Shown here one piece after another: positions 1 through 12,260 of a stretch of DNA of 64,000 nucleotides. Positions within the stretch are counted from its first letter, which is position 1; every line of letters begins with the position of its first letter. The stretch spans positions 17,490,770-17,554,769 of the forward strand of contig OZ316893.1 in the NCBI GenBank assembly GCA_973895155.1, written 5' to 3'. Origin of the DNA: Marsupella aquatica. Taxonomy: Eukaryota; Plantae; Marchantiophyta. The notes below the pieces were generated by a model. That model saw nothing but the letters and a program-made list of their open reading frames with translations. It was not told the origin of the DNA and did no database searches. Both the position numbers and the translations under genes were made by a program.

Positions 1-955
1 AATCCACTTACTATAATCTACCTAACTGTAATCTACCTATGTAGGGTCGCCGCCCAGCCTTTCCAGGTGTCATCATTTGTTGGAATGGCATTGATGGGAT
101 CGACCTCCTCCTCTTCGGCTTCTCCCTGCCTCCTGTTCTGCTGCTCTGCTGGTTTCCTTGGTGCCACCGACCTTGTTCTTTTTGCCGGGGTGGCCTCTTT
201 GTTGTTGTTTCCTTTCCTCTTCATCTCGGCTGCCGTGGATGTTTCTCCTAGCACAGTTGCCTTTGTCCACCCTTCCGTGCTACCCTTCAACTCCCAGTGC
301 GCGTCGTTGCAGCGGTTGATGGCTTCCCGAATGCCGACGATTCTATCTTCGCAAAATAGAAGGTCATCAAGCTGATTGGCAGTAGGAGTCCACAAGAACT
401 CGGCCTTGATGAGTTCTCCTCCTAAGAAGGCAGACCTCTGCAGCTCCCACAGTCGAGCGAGCTCCTGCCATTCTCAAGCTGCTCTCTCCAATTCTTCATC
501 CTCGTAAGTCCCAATGTACTCAGTTGCCTGTTCAAATAGACATCCCCAAAAATGTGTCGCTTGATTGACGTTGCTCATACCCTCCTTGACTCGATCATTG
601 GTATCTGTTCCCACCCAGAGTGCTTGCCTAAGCAGCTGACAGTATTTGGCCTCCCGTAGTCATCTGCCCAACTCGTGCTTGCAAATGAGCCACTATTCCT
701 CGCGAGCGGTCCTTACCCCTCTCCTCCTCTGGTCTTCCCTCCCGTTGGTCACCCCTAGCCACCAACGCTTAGCGCGCCCTAACCCTAATCGTGTTCTCTC
801 CCCCGACGTCCTTACTTCCAGCCTCGGCCCGGGTTCCATAGTCACCCCTAATTGTTTATATTTTCCTTGTCTTGTTACTATACTAAGGTGTTTCCAGGGT
901 ACACTCCTGCTTTTACCATGTAAACCGGCCTAGTGATTCTTGGCTAGGCATCACA
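1..955 (-). mobile_element. Family A giant-LTR unit, internally deleted copy, truncated by window edge
   Basis: Ends in ...GGCTAGGCATCACA (955) like the other A copies. Bases 1-42 match A at ~8325-8368 and join directly to sequence matching ~11425 onward, i.e. a ~3 kb internal deletion. Confidence 0.85.
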
Positions 956-959
956 TAAC

Positions 960-2309
960 CTATGCATGACTTGCTCCTCATGTGACTCCTCCACTGCTTG
1001 AACATCTGCCCTCCATCAAATCAATAGGATCAGTGATTACACCACTAAATGCTGCCAAAGGCAATGGTGTAGATTTAGGGCCTTCCATAGGTCCACTAAA
1101 TTGCACTGGCAATCTGCTCAATCTAGCATCTCCTGATTGCTAATCAAGTCAGTCTGAAATTGATTCATCCAAAAAATCAAGAATAAATCCCATGGGGTAC
1201 AACACTGTACATCCCACCAACACATCATAGGACTCTGCCTTAGTCAAAATAGCTTGCGTCTGTATGTGAGAGCTATCCTTTGCATGACCCTCCTGAATCC
1301 GCAAGTCAAGTGGTCGTCTGGTGATGTGCTATGTGGGTGTAGGTCCCCCCAATTGGAAAGGGACACTCCTCCAGATCATCTGGATGCAATCCCAATCCTC
1401 GTATTGTAGACTTACCCCAACATCAAGGGCTGGGCACCAGTATCCAATATCACTCTCTCTAGCTGGTATACTGCTCTAGTAGGCCCAACTGATTGTAAGA
1501 TACCACTCCGATTATCCAATGACACAATGCTAGGTTTAAATCTAGTCCTCTCAAATGTAGGGCGTGCTAGCAAATCCATCAAATTTGTTGCTGCATCATG
1601 CCATGTCTCACTAGTAGCAATAGGTGGTGTCAACTCTGCTACTATATAACTACATGCTGCCTCTACATGAGAAGCCAAAACTGGAGTATCCTTGCATGAT
1701 GTGGCTGCCAATCTAAACACATCAACTGGACTAACCCCCAATGTCAGCATATTTGTCACTGAAAATAATGGGGTGCGCACTATGGTGGTAGCCGCCCCCA
1801 ACAAGGTACCCGTCATCCCTATTGCAATATCATGTGATTCAACCAACCTACTCACACCTTGGTTTGTCCAAATCGGGTTCATAGAGGCAGTCTAAACTGT
1901 CTCTAATAATGTAAAAGACTGAGAAGCTTGGTCCGACAACGTCCATCCCCCCTTTGTGGATCTAGCTCCACTACTGCTCCTTCGAGATGAAGAGCTTTGG
2001 CTGCCCCATGTGTCAAAACTGTTGATGCATCAATATGCATAGTGCCACACATGAATCCCATGGTGGTAAGGTCTCCATCAGCCCCATAGGATGTGGAAGC
2101 TCCATGAGATGTAGAAGCTCCATCACCAGAAGCAAGTCTCACCTGAGAACTAGCCATAGCAGCTAGTTGTTGCTCCAATTGAGCAATCTTAGCGTCCTTA
2201 GGATTTGTGGTCACAATAGGAGTAGCATCACCTAGCTCCCTATCTCCCTGCATGTGGCATACCTTGGCCACGACCACCACCTCTACCTCCTCTTCCCTGA
2301 TCATGTGTG
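960..2309 (-). pseudogene. Gag C-terminus plus retroviral-type aspartic protease of LTR retrotransposon family F (decayed)
   Basis: ORF 1412-1882 ends in ILDTGAQPLMLG (D-T-G protease motif). Homologous to 20940-21084/25797-26395. Multiple stops. Confidence 0.75.
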
Positions 2310-2314
2310 CATTG

Positions 2315-5300
2315 TGTCACGTCGTCAGCCTTGGCCTTACTCGGGCTTCGGCTTAAACAGGCACATCCTTTGTCAAAATGAGGGTTCGGGCAGGGAGGGA
2401 GGCACGGAATGCACCCAACTTACGTAAAATAGCGCTAAGTGCGCCTATCCTCATATACAGACACCTCCTAGGTATGATTTGTGTTCTGCCGCCGGAACGT
2501 ACCTCAATCGATAGTAGGATCGACCCTAGCTTAAGGGCTTCTAAGCCTTCGTATTGTCCGCCTTCGATCCGGATTTTGGTGATATGGGTGCTCAACCCGG
2601 GCTCGCAACCATGTACACGTGCACCCCGTGCACTACTTGGGTAGTGCATTCGGCCAAGCGTTGGCACCTATACACGAGATTCACACACATACATACGCAC
2701 AAGCATAAAATCTCGATTTACACAAAGGAAATAACGGGAAGGGATTTACTCCATAAGAGGCATACGCGTACACTTAGTTGACCCGAATGCTCTGGAGTGA
2801 ACAGGTCCGAGGCCGAGGGTGTACACTACAATGGAGCCCGGCTCCGCACTCGCCCAACGAGCTTAGTCTTACACCCTCCCCTTGATACTCTTTCATTCCC
2901 AGAGGTCGGGACTCCCCGCACATACTGCGGATGTCCAATACTGAGACTAAAAAAACCCCCTGCCTCTACCGAGGGGTGCACTAAATACTAAGGGCAGAGG
3001 AACGGAGTGTCCTCCCGCCCGAAGATTTGATGACTTAGGTCCTAACTAATCTGACTGTCAGGCCAAAAAACGGTTGTGTCTTATTAGAAGATCCTACCCT
3101 ACGCAGGCTGGACAGCATGGCGGTGCTGCTCTAACTAGGGCAGGTTCCTGTCCCCATAGCCTGATTTAGCTATTCCTAACCCTATTCTATTCCTACTCCG
3201 CCACTAATGCCTGGCACGCTTGCCAGAGCCGCCCGAGTGGGAGCGGCCATCCCGCTGCTTACGAAGTCTGTCATTGTCCGCCTTGAGGAGCTGGACCTGG
3301 TCCAGCAGAGATTCATTCTCTCACTTCGCCGCGTCCGTCTCCTCCGCTGTCTCCTGGCATGCCTCCTCCAGCTACTGGGCGTCGCTCGTCAGATTGCCCG
3401 CCAACTGGTCCTGCTTCTCGGCTTTGGTTTGGAGCCGTGCCACTTCGGCCTATAGCATGGCTATCTCCGCAGTGTTCCGCTGGGCCCGTTCTTCGGCCTC
3501 CTCCAGGTCTTTCTGCCAGATGACAGTTTGATTCTTCAAACTATCAATCTGGTTCCGGAGTCGTGCAATCTTGGCCTTGTTCCCAGCTTTGGCCTATTCG
3601 GCTAGGGCGGTAAGGGCATGCGCCTTCGCTAACAACTCATCGGCAGCTGCAACTTTGGGTCGTAGTTGCAGAAGCTCAGCCTCTTGAGTCGCAACTTCGT
3701 TCTTTAAGTATACGGACTCCACCCGGTACTGCTCTATCCTCTGAAGGGCCTCTGACTGGGCCCGACCTGCCTTTACTGCGGCAACCAACTCCTGATTGAA
3801 GAAACAGGCTACTATCCGGGCCATGAACTCCCCGGTATCCCGGGCAATTTGATGAGAGAAATCTCCCAAAATCCCGTTCAGAAATGTACCCGGTACGAAG
3901 AGTTTCGGGTGGTCCAGGTTGTGCCTCTCCGGAGTTGGGCACGGGCAGACGTCAACACGCGCGGGGGCCGGGGCAGTGACATCCAGCCCTGGGGACGTAG
4001 TGTTGGAAGGGGTTGGAGTGTCCTCCTGCAGCAATGTCCGGTCCTCCGAAATAGCCACCGGTGGGTCTTTGGGAGACCCGGGCTCGAGTAAGGCCTCCGC
4101 TGTCCCGACTTTTGTACTTGGCCCAGCCTGGTTGATCACATCTACGGTTGCGATTACCGACCCATCCGGTACCTCCTCGGCCACGGCTATAGCTACTTGT
4201 GGAGGTGGGGTGGGTGAAGCCTGCGTGGCCGCTGGACTTCGGGCCTCGGGTTGGGGCCGTCTCTCCAAGGCCGGGAAAACCCACCTAGCTGGGACCAGCT
4301 TTGTTATGTTGACACGGGGAAGGGTTCATCGATCAAACCAAGTGTACCACTCGAGAATGATCTCGATGTGGCTAGCGAAATATGCCTTCCCGCCAATGTA
4401 TAGTGTCTTTCTTCGCTGCTCCATCTCTTCATGGAATTTCTTAGCAAAGTACGACGCCCACTTCCTAGGTCGATAGTTCTTGACCTGGATAACCTGGGCA
4501 GCGGAGATCTCCCCCCAGGGTTCCATCATGTGGAGGGCGTACCTTTGGAACTCCAGTCGCTCAGCTATCTCGGGGATGAGGCAGGTCCTCATCACGAACC
4601 CGTTGTCCACTGATCCCTTGGAGGGAAAACTCGAGGATTGGTACTTGGCTCCCTTGCCCCCGAGAGCCCATGATTCGACTCGGTGGTCACCTTCGGGTAA
4701 CCCGAAGATCATCTTGAGCCGTTCTTCCGTGAGGGACATATTCCTTCCCCGCAGCCAAGTATGTTGACGTGCGTCAGCATAATTCTTGACGAATTCCGTC
4801 ATGTCCTCCCCATAGTACTTGCAAGTGTTTCAGGGGAGAGAGGCGAGGTGCTCGAATCCCTGAGTTTTCAGGTACACCGCATGTTTGGGATGGAGGATGT
4901 TTTTATGCACGTTTTCCCCCATGCGGTGCATTGTCACCTTGGCCGCGGCTACCGTGGCCATTGGTAACCCAGATGCAGCAGCGGGTTCCTTCCTCTTCTT
5001 CCCCCGTGACTGGCTCGGGGAGGGTGACACCTCCCCATCCTCTCGATCGGCCATAGGTAATGCTACCACCGTTAGTATTGGGCCCTGGGGCGGCCACGGT
5101 CACCGTGTTGTCTATTGGAGCCGCTCCTTGGGTCCGGACATGGGGAGGGGACGATGTAGTGCCGGCCCCCTGAGTGTTCGCTCCTCTGGGCTGCCTGAGC
5201 AAGGGTGGGGTAGCCTCGTCGTCGTCGCTAAGGTCCACAACGTTGATGATGGAGCGTACTTGTATTGGCGGGGCGATCGGCGGTGTGTGTTGGCTAGGCT

Positions 5301-6308
5301 GAGGCTGAGACTGAAACTGAGCCTGAGTCTGCGTTGGTGCGGGTACGGGTATGGGGTCGACTGGGCCGGCGCCGGCGGTTGAGGGTCTAGTTCCCATGAA
5401 GCTCTGCAGGTGCTGGTAGAAGTTCTCCAAAGCAAGTGCAGACGGCCTTGTCGAACGGGTAGTGCTGGACTCGCTGTTGATGATAGCCCGAACCTGAGCA
5501 GGGATGTGGTCGAAGTGATGTCGTTGCAAGTCGATCGTACCCGGGATATTGAAGACCTCGTCCGGAAGCCGAAGCAATGCTTCCCAGAAACCGATATATT
5601 TGTCTCCGTTGAAGAAATACCCAGATACCTCTGCTGGTCGGAAAATCTCGCTCTGAGATGGGTAGTCAAAGTTAAGGATATAGTGGTGTCATCCTGCTAG
5701 GCGGATGGCTCTCTTGTACTCGTGTTTGATTTTGTATCGGCGCGGGTTGGTGTGTTTCAATGAGTCGGCCAAGTGTCTTCCGGTAGATAGGAACTGCGTC
5801 CAAAATCAAATGGCCGAATTGGAGAGGATTGTGTGCGACATTCAGAGAAGATAGCAGTGGCGACTAAGAGAGAACGAGAGAGCTGGGGTCAAAGCTGGCG
5901 CCTGGACTGATGGACTGGTGCACTACAAAGGGTCGGCTCCCTTTTTATACCTTGAGGGCTCGTCGATCACCCGACGTCTCCTCGTTGCCTATAGGCTGAA
6001 CCGTTCACGCTTATAGTGTACCGGCCACTCTGCCGGTCTGAGTCAGCGCGTGTCAGTGGCCGCTTCTCTAAGTCCGTTATACGGACCCGAGGGAGGGGCC
6101 CCTCCACGCTCGCAACCCGGGCGTGCAAATGGCGACATGCCGCCAGTCCAAACATGAATTCCCTTTATTGACTAATGATTTCCTACTCATAATGGTTACC
6201 TAAATACTGTCGTTATGCTAATAATAGCGGCCTAAGATACCCCTAATGCGCATGCTAAGCGCGGTCTAGACTGAATTACTCATTACTCGCTGTACCGGCG
6301 GCGTCACA
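2315..6308 (-). mobile_element. Family B giant solo-LTR-like unit (3994 bp), copy 1
   Basis: Termini TGTCACG...GCGTCACA (+ strand). Exact TSD CATTG at 2310-2314 and 6309-6313. Flanks rejoin into the family F gag. Confidence 0.92.
3204..5841 (-). pseudogene. Family B LTR-borne ORF (~880 codons): N-terminal HHFDH domain, plant-transposon accessory domain, coiled coil
   Basis: Stitches ORFs 4903-5577, 4830-5069, 4326-4802 and 3594-4268. Collinear with the B copies at 13690-17730 and 43704-49073. Interrupted by stops and frameshifts. TATAAAAAGG upstream at ~5940-5949 (minus). Confidence 0.8.
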
Positions 6309-8549
6309 CATTGTCCTCCTCTCTATAACTCATTATGGAGTGAGAGACACAATCGTGGAACTTGACTACCTTAACACTTAGCTCCGGCGTTGCTGACTCC
6401 GACGCCAAGCTCCCTTATGGTCCAGGCCCGAATAGGCCATCAAGGGAGGACTTAGCATGGGGAGACTTGTGGGCAATGAGACGTGGTGCTAGCAAAGGCA
6501 AGGAGCCAAGCTGGTGACACACACTAAGGACTTGGACTAGCTAAGAGCTGGTTGGGTCAAGGGGAAATGGGTCGGGCTCAAGGACGACTGTCCGGACCTC
6601 CGGATGGACTTTGAGTTCTGAGGGCTTGAGTGTGAGCTCCTCTTGGGCCCAAGGCCAAGGGAGTTGACGCCATGAGCAATGGACGCTTGGGGCGCAAGTT
6701 ATGGCCCGATCCAGGTTGGGCCGATCGGGAGCCCCAAGCGGCAATGAGACCTGAGGACCTAGGTATGAGCACTAGGTCGGCCCAATCACAATGGGCTAAG
6801 GCACTCCGCTTGCGGATGCCTAACAAGAAAGTTATGGGCGTTGCCAGTTGGTGGCACGCCCATTATGCGCAATAGGATGAGGGTTGGGGGCCAATGTTTA
6901 GGGACCAAAGCTGATACGGGGGTGGTAGGTCTCCAGAAGCATATATGAGAGGAGTGGTGTCTCCCTGGGGGCTAAGGGCGAGCCGAAGCCGTGAGCCGCG
7001 GCGGTCGCGACACTAAGGGAAACCGTCAAACGGAAACGGCGATATCTTCCCAACGGGAAATCCGTTGGATAACTTCTTGGGTGCGTTGGAAAAATCTCAA
7101 CAAGGGCTATGCCCTCCTGAGATCAGATGGGTCTGGGGGAACCATGGGTTCTCAAGGTTTGTGGGTGTTAACTCGCCCGCTTGGCAAGTCCTGCCGAACA
7201 GCAGCCAAGCCGCGTTCAGTCTCCCAAGGGAGCTTGCGTTGGGGAGGCAAGGCCAAATAGGTGTGGAGGTTGAGTTCCAAGAGTTTTTGGCCCCTAGACC
7301 ATCAGTGAGGCAAATTGGGAGTTGGTTGCTAGAGTCGGGGCCATTCTGGTCCCTGCGTGTTGGGACAAGCTACGCTATTTGGGCCATGAGCATGTCCTAG
7401 GATCAGGGCGGTCAGTTGGTGATGGGTAGGTACGAGGGGGAACCCGGGCCGCGCCCAAGGAAGGAGTTATTCTAGACAAACAGTGGGCGTGGGTTCTGGT
7501 TCTGGCTTATGGCATCGGGAGGACCTATCGCTGACCTATTTACCAATGTCTGTTGAGCTTGAGTTAGGATGCTAGACTTGGCGAGTTCTAGATCCTGAAG
7601 GGTTACTTACCGAGGTGCTTGGTTGCCTGTGTGGTGCGTCCCATGGCTCCCTAAACCCAAGAAACCCCCCAGCTCAAGCCGATTCCCGTAGGTTTCGTGC
7701 TTGGCGAGGCCGTTTCCGCGGCTTAGCGGCATGGGACGCTGCTAACCTTCTACTACTACTATTAACATTTTACACACATATACTGGACAGATCCTTCATC
7801 GGGTCATGAGATACGTAGCCGGCCTAATATAGGCCTTCCCCTGTCTTCCCCTGTCTTCCCCTCCGTCTTGTTAGGTATGTTTGGATTCCGCCGCCGGAAT
7901 GATCCCCAATAGGCTTGGTTAAGCCGCTAAGACCTCTCTCAGCTCGACACATCCAACTCTCACTCCCCTGCTTACTTTCCTTCCTTCTGTTGATGTGGGC
8001 ACTCTTCACACAAGTTAATGCGACACACAAATAGCAAAATGACTCATTCTGACTGAGTCATACCATGCACTTGCCATACAAACAGTACATCTCATACACA
8101 AGTTCTGCGAACTAAGCCGTGAGGCCAACTCTATTCAGCTCTTAGGCATGAGGAAACATGAATATACACAAGGGTCACTGTATGACTAACCGAGAGCTTC
8201 TCGTACTACTTGATCCCAGCCCGGCTGGTGCAAACTAAAAACTTGCTAAAGAAGAGGCCCTGAGCTCCCCGCTGCCCAGGTACTTATCCTGGTAGTGGAT
8301 CCGCCATTCTTTGCATCGTAAGCCTAATCTACTTAACAGTAATCTACTTGCCCGAATCTACCTATGTACAGCAAGGCAGGAGCACAAGTGTTGCTCCTAC
8401 CAGTGGGACCGCAATCCCACAAGCTAAGTGTCAGGGCCGCTCCTGGTTCTGATCCTAATCCTAAACGTGGAGATCCGCGCCCGCCCTGCCCACTCACGCC
8501 TCCTCCCTCCACGTCCGCCCTCCCTAAAAGGAATGGCGCCCTTGCACCG

Positions 8550-11500
8550 TCACGACACCGGTGGTGGATCCTCAATGGACGCCCCCAACACTTCCTCCTC
8601 AGCCACTGCCGTTGGCCCGCCTACTGACAGATTACCTGCCCTTGACCGAGTCAACTCTCCATCGGCCTGACTGGGTCCACCTTCGGCTTCAGCCTCGACA
8701 CCGGCCTCGGCAATACCCACGGCTTCGGCCTCAGCCACTCCCACGGCTTCGGCTTCAGCCACTCCCTCGGCTTCGGCTTCAGCCACTCCCTCGGCTTCGG
8801 CTTCAGCCACCCCCACGGCTTCGGCCTCCCCTTCCCCTAGGGTAGTTGGATCCTTAGCCGTGACCCTGTCTGGGGTCGGTGCTGGGTCTACCTCCTTGAT
8901 CACCACGGCCTGTGAAGTCGTATTACTCCTTGACCCTGAAGGTTTCCGCTTCTTCTTCGTTGGTGGCTCGGCAGCTGGTCCCTTCCCCTTCCCACTTACT
9001 TCCGGCACTGGTGCAGGTGGCGCGGCTTGTCCTTCGGCAATTACCACCCCTGGTAACTGGTTTGTCCCAACAGGAGATGGACCTGCTGCAGCTAAGCATT
9101 TAAATACTGCGGCTTGTTTCTTCAGCCGCTCTGTTTGGTTGTCGGCCCGCCGCTGTAGGTTCTCCATCTTCCTCGTGATTTCCTCCAACTCCTCTTGGGT
9201 TTCATCCAGGTCCTTACGTGCCCCCTCCAGCTCGTTTTTGGCCTCCTCCTGCTCCCTGTGGGCTTCCTCCAATTCCTTCTTCAAGGTAGCCCTCTCCTCC
9301 TGGGTTGCTCTTAGCTCCTTGTCGAGCTCTGCAATGATGACAGACTCCATCTGGTTCATCTTGGCGTAAGTCTGTTCGAGCATCTCGTCCTTCTCCCTTA
9401 GGTCGGCCTTGAAGCTGGTCGTCAGGGACGCAAGCTCCTGCTGCAGCGCCATAATCCCTTGATAGGATTTCCCTAACTCGACCTCCTTCTGCTCAAGGGC
9501 TCCGCGGATTTTCTTGAGCTCCCCTTTCAACGCCCATTCCTTTCTTTGGGTCTCCGCCATGGCCCGGCTGTTGGCTGTTATGTGGGCCTCCTCTGTATTC
9601 TTCAGCTCTTGCTTCCACTTTTCCCTCTCTTTGATCGTGTCGGCCAACTCTTCCTGCGTCTGAGTCAGTTTATCCTTGATATTCTGATTATCAGCCTGCG
9701 CGGCGTCCAACTGCCCCTGCATGATGTTCAGCTCATGTCGTTTAATCCGCAGTTCATCTTGGGCTTTCTTGGCCGCCCTTAGATCTTCAATCTCGGCTCC
9801 CATCCTCCTAAGCCGCCGAATGACCTCGTCCTTCTTGCTTCTCTCTAAAGCCACCGCTTCTTCTAATTGGTGCTTCTCCAACTGCTCCCTATGGAAAAAG
9901 GGTCCTACCTCCAACTCCTCTCCAAAGATGCCGAGCGCAAGTTCCCCACACATCTCACCATACTCCATGGCTCTATTCTTAGCGTAGGTGGAGTAAGTAG
10001 AAGTGATCGGCATCGCCCATCGTGGCCTCTGCTCCCAAGCCGTCCTGCGGATCTCTTCAATCGTGGCTAGAGGTTTGCTTCCTTTTTCGGCTAGCCGCCT
10101 GATGTCCTCCGACCAATCTCCTCCTGGTAAATCCTTTTCCTTAGCCAGGGCGGCCTCTTCCTCCTGCTTGATTCGCTCCTGAAATTCCTGCACCGTCTAT
10201 TTTATGTCGTCGAAGCTCGGGGGAGCAACATCTGGTGGGGGAGACTCAGGGCTACTCTGCTGGTTGGGGTCCCCTCGCACTACCCTTGGAAGTGTGGGGA
10301 CAAACCGGCCACAGGTCCTTACTCCTGGAACGTGATGGTCCGACCCATAGTCGGAATTATCATGGCTGCAGTCCTCCACTGCCTCCTCTACCTCTTGGAT
10401 TTCCGGCTTCTCCCTCTCCTCTTCCTCGGTAGGAGCTTCAGGCAATTCTGCCTCAGATTCGGAGCTTGAGGTTCCCACGTACATTCGAACACCTGGCTTG
10501 GATTCCGGCCTGATTCTCTCCTTGTCTCCAGCAAAGGGGTTTTCTCTTGTGAGCCGGTGTAGGCCTACCTCTGTAGTAGTGTCCTGCATTGTTGCCGTTG
10601 CCGTTGTTGTTGCCGATGCCGATTTCTTTTCTTTCTCCAGTAGTTTCAGCAGACTCTGCATGCCTGGTTGCTGCATCGGCAAGTCTTCCTTCCTGGGCCT
10701 AAACACCTGCTCGATCGTAGGACTAACAGGTGGTTGAGGCTTCTCAGCCAACGGCCTCGGCGTTGGAGCTTCCTCGGGTGCCCTTACCTGCAGGGGAAGT
10801 ACCGGGGCAAAAGTCTGACCTCTGGCATACCGGCACAACAGCGGCGTGTGATAGCCAAGCCGCGACACGCTCCCCATGCCGATTACCTGCTGCTCCTCCT
10901 TTAAGATCTTCTTCAATTGGTTGAGGAGGTACCCGTTGTAGTCCCGGCTTGGGTCTGGCCTTTCTGCCAGATAGACCTGTGCCTTGCCGATCTCTGCCCT
11001 CGGCAAGTTACAATGCATGGTCACCCGCAAGAAGTCGATCATCTCTCCTATGTGCGGGTTGGTGCAGGTGTTCCGGAAGAAGCCATTCTTCGTTGATGGC
11101 CCGGGGAACGACCGGAACTCCTTGTCAGGCAAGGTCTTCCTGGTATCAACTTTGGTCTTATTGCCCATCGGCAAGCCAAACACTTCGGCAATCATCTTGG
11201 GAGTAAGATAGAAATCCTTCCCATATATCCTCGTGCAATTGGTCTCGGGTTCCCATGACCCCACGAATTCTAATAGGTCTGACTCCGGTACCTCCGGCTT
11301 CAGCCATGGTAATCTTACAAAGGCCTCCAAGCCGGATCCGGCCATGAAGCCTTGGTACTTCTTGGTCTGCATGGCCGTAAAGCATGCATCCTCCTCCCGT
11401 GCAAAATGTAGTTGCACCTCCACCGGTAGGGTTGCCGCCCAGCCCTTCCAGGTGTCATCCCTGGTTGGAATGGCCTTGATGGGATCGACCTCCTCCTCTT

Positions 11501-12260
11501 CGGCTTCTCCCTGCCTCCTGCTCTGCTGCTCGGCTGGCTTCTTTGGTGCCGCCGACCTCATTCTTTTTGCCGGGGTGGCTTCATCGTTGACGGCTCCCTT
11601 CCTCTTCATCTCTGCTGCCGTGGAGGTTTCTCCTAGCACCGTTGCCTGGGTCCACCTTTCCGTGCTACCCTTTAATTCCCAGTGTATGTCGTTGCAGTTC
11701 TTGATGGCCTCTCGGATGCCGACGACGCTGTCTTTGCAAAACAGAAGATCGTCGAGTTGATTGGAAGTAGGCGTCCACAGGAACTCGTCCTTGATGAGTT
11801 CGCCTCCTAAGAAAGCCGTCTTCTGCAGCTCCCACAATCGAGCGAGCTCCTGCCGTTCTCGAGCTGCCCTTTCTGACTCCTCGTCCTCGTAAGTCTTGAT
11901 GTACTCAGTTGCCCGTTCGAACAGGCATCCCCAGAAATGTGCCGCTTGATTGACGTTGCTCATACCCTCCTTAGGTTGATCGTCGGTATCTACTCTCTCC
12001 CCGAGTGCTTGCCTAAGCAGCTGACAGTAGTTGGCCTCCCGTAGTCGTCTGCCTAGTTCGTGCTCGCAAATGAGCCACCATCTCCTGCAAGCGCTCCTTA
12101 CCCCTCTCCTCTGCCGGTCCTTCTTCCCGTTGATCCTTCCTAGCCGCCGACGCTTAACGCGCCCTAACCCTAATCGGGTTTTCACCCTCAGCCTTACCTC
12201 CGGCCTCTGCCCGGGTTCCATGGTTGCCCCTAATTGTTTATATTTTCCTTGTTTTGTCAC
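8550..12260 (-). CDS. Family A LTR-borne protein (~1236 codons, one in-frame TAG at 10197-10199): plant-transposon accessory domain plus long coiled coil
   Basis: ORFs 10197-12260 and 8550-10193 are in frame and separated only by TAG-ACG. Copy 2 has CAG at this codon. Motif GLEAFVRLPW...LLEFV...IYGKDFYLTPKMIAEVFGLP resembles Athila ORF1/Transposase_32-type domains. The true start may be a downstream ATG (12222 or ~11963). Confidence 0.8.
8680..8830 (-). repeat. 24-bp coding tandem repeat (AEAEA[E/V]GV)n
   Basis: About 5-6 units of CGGCTTCGGCYTCAGCCACTCCCW, seen directly. Absent in this form from A copies 2 and 3. Confidence 0.85.

Noticed and set aside
10191-10202. Programmed stop-codon readthrough between the 687-aa and 547-aa ORFs
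   Set aside because: Copy 2 has CAG at this codon and its own TAG elsewhere (23411). Simple C-to-T decay explains it, as it probably does the TGA in D.
12160-12176. Telomeric repeat (CCCTAACCCTAA)
   Set aside because: Only two units, fixed within family A copies. At most a telo-box-like motif.
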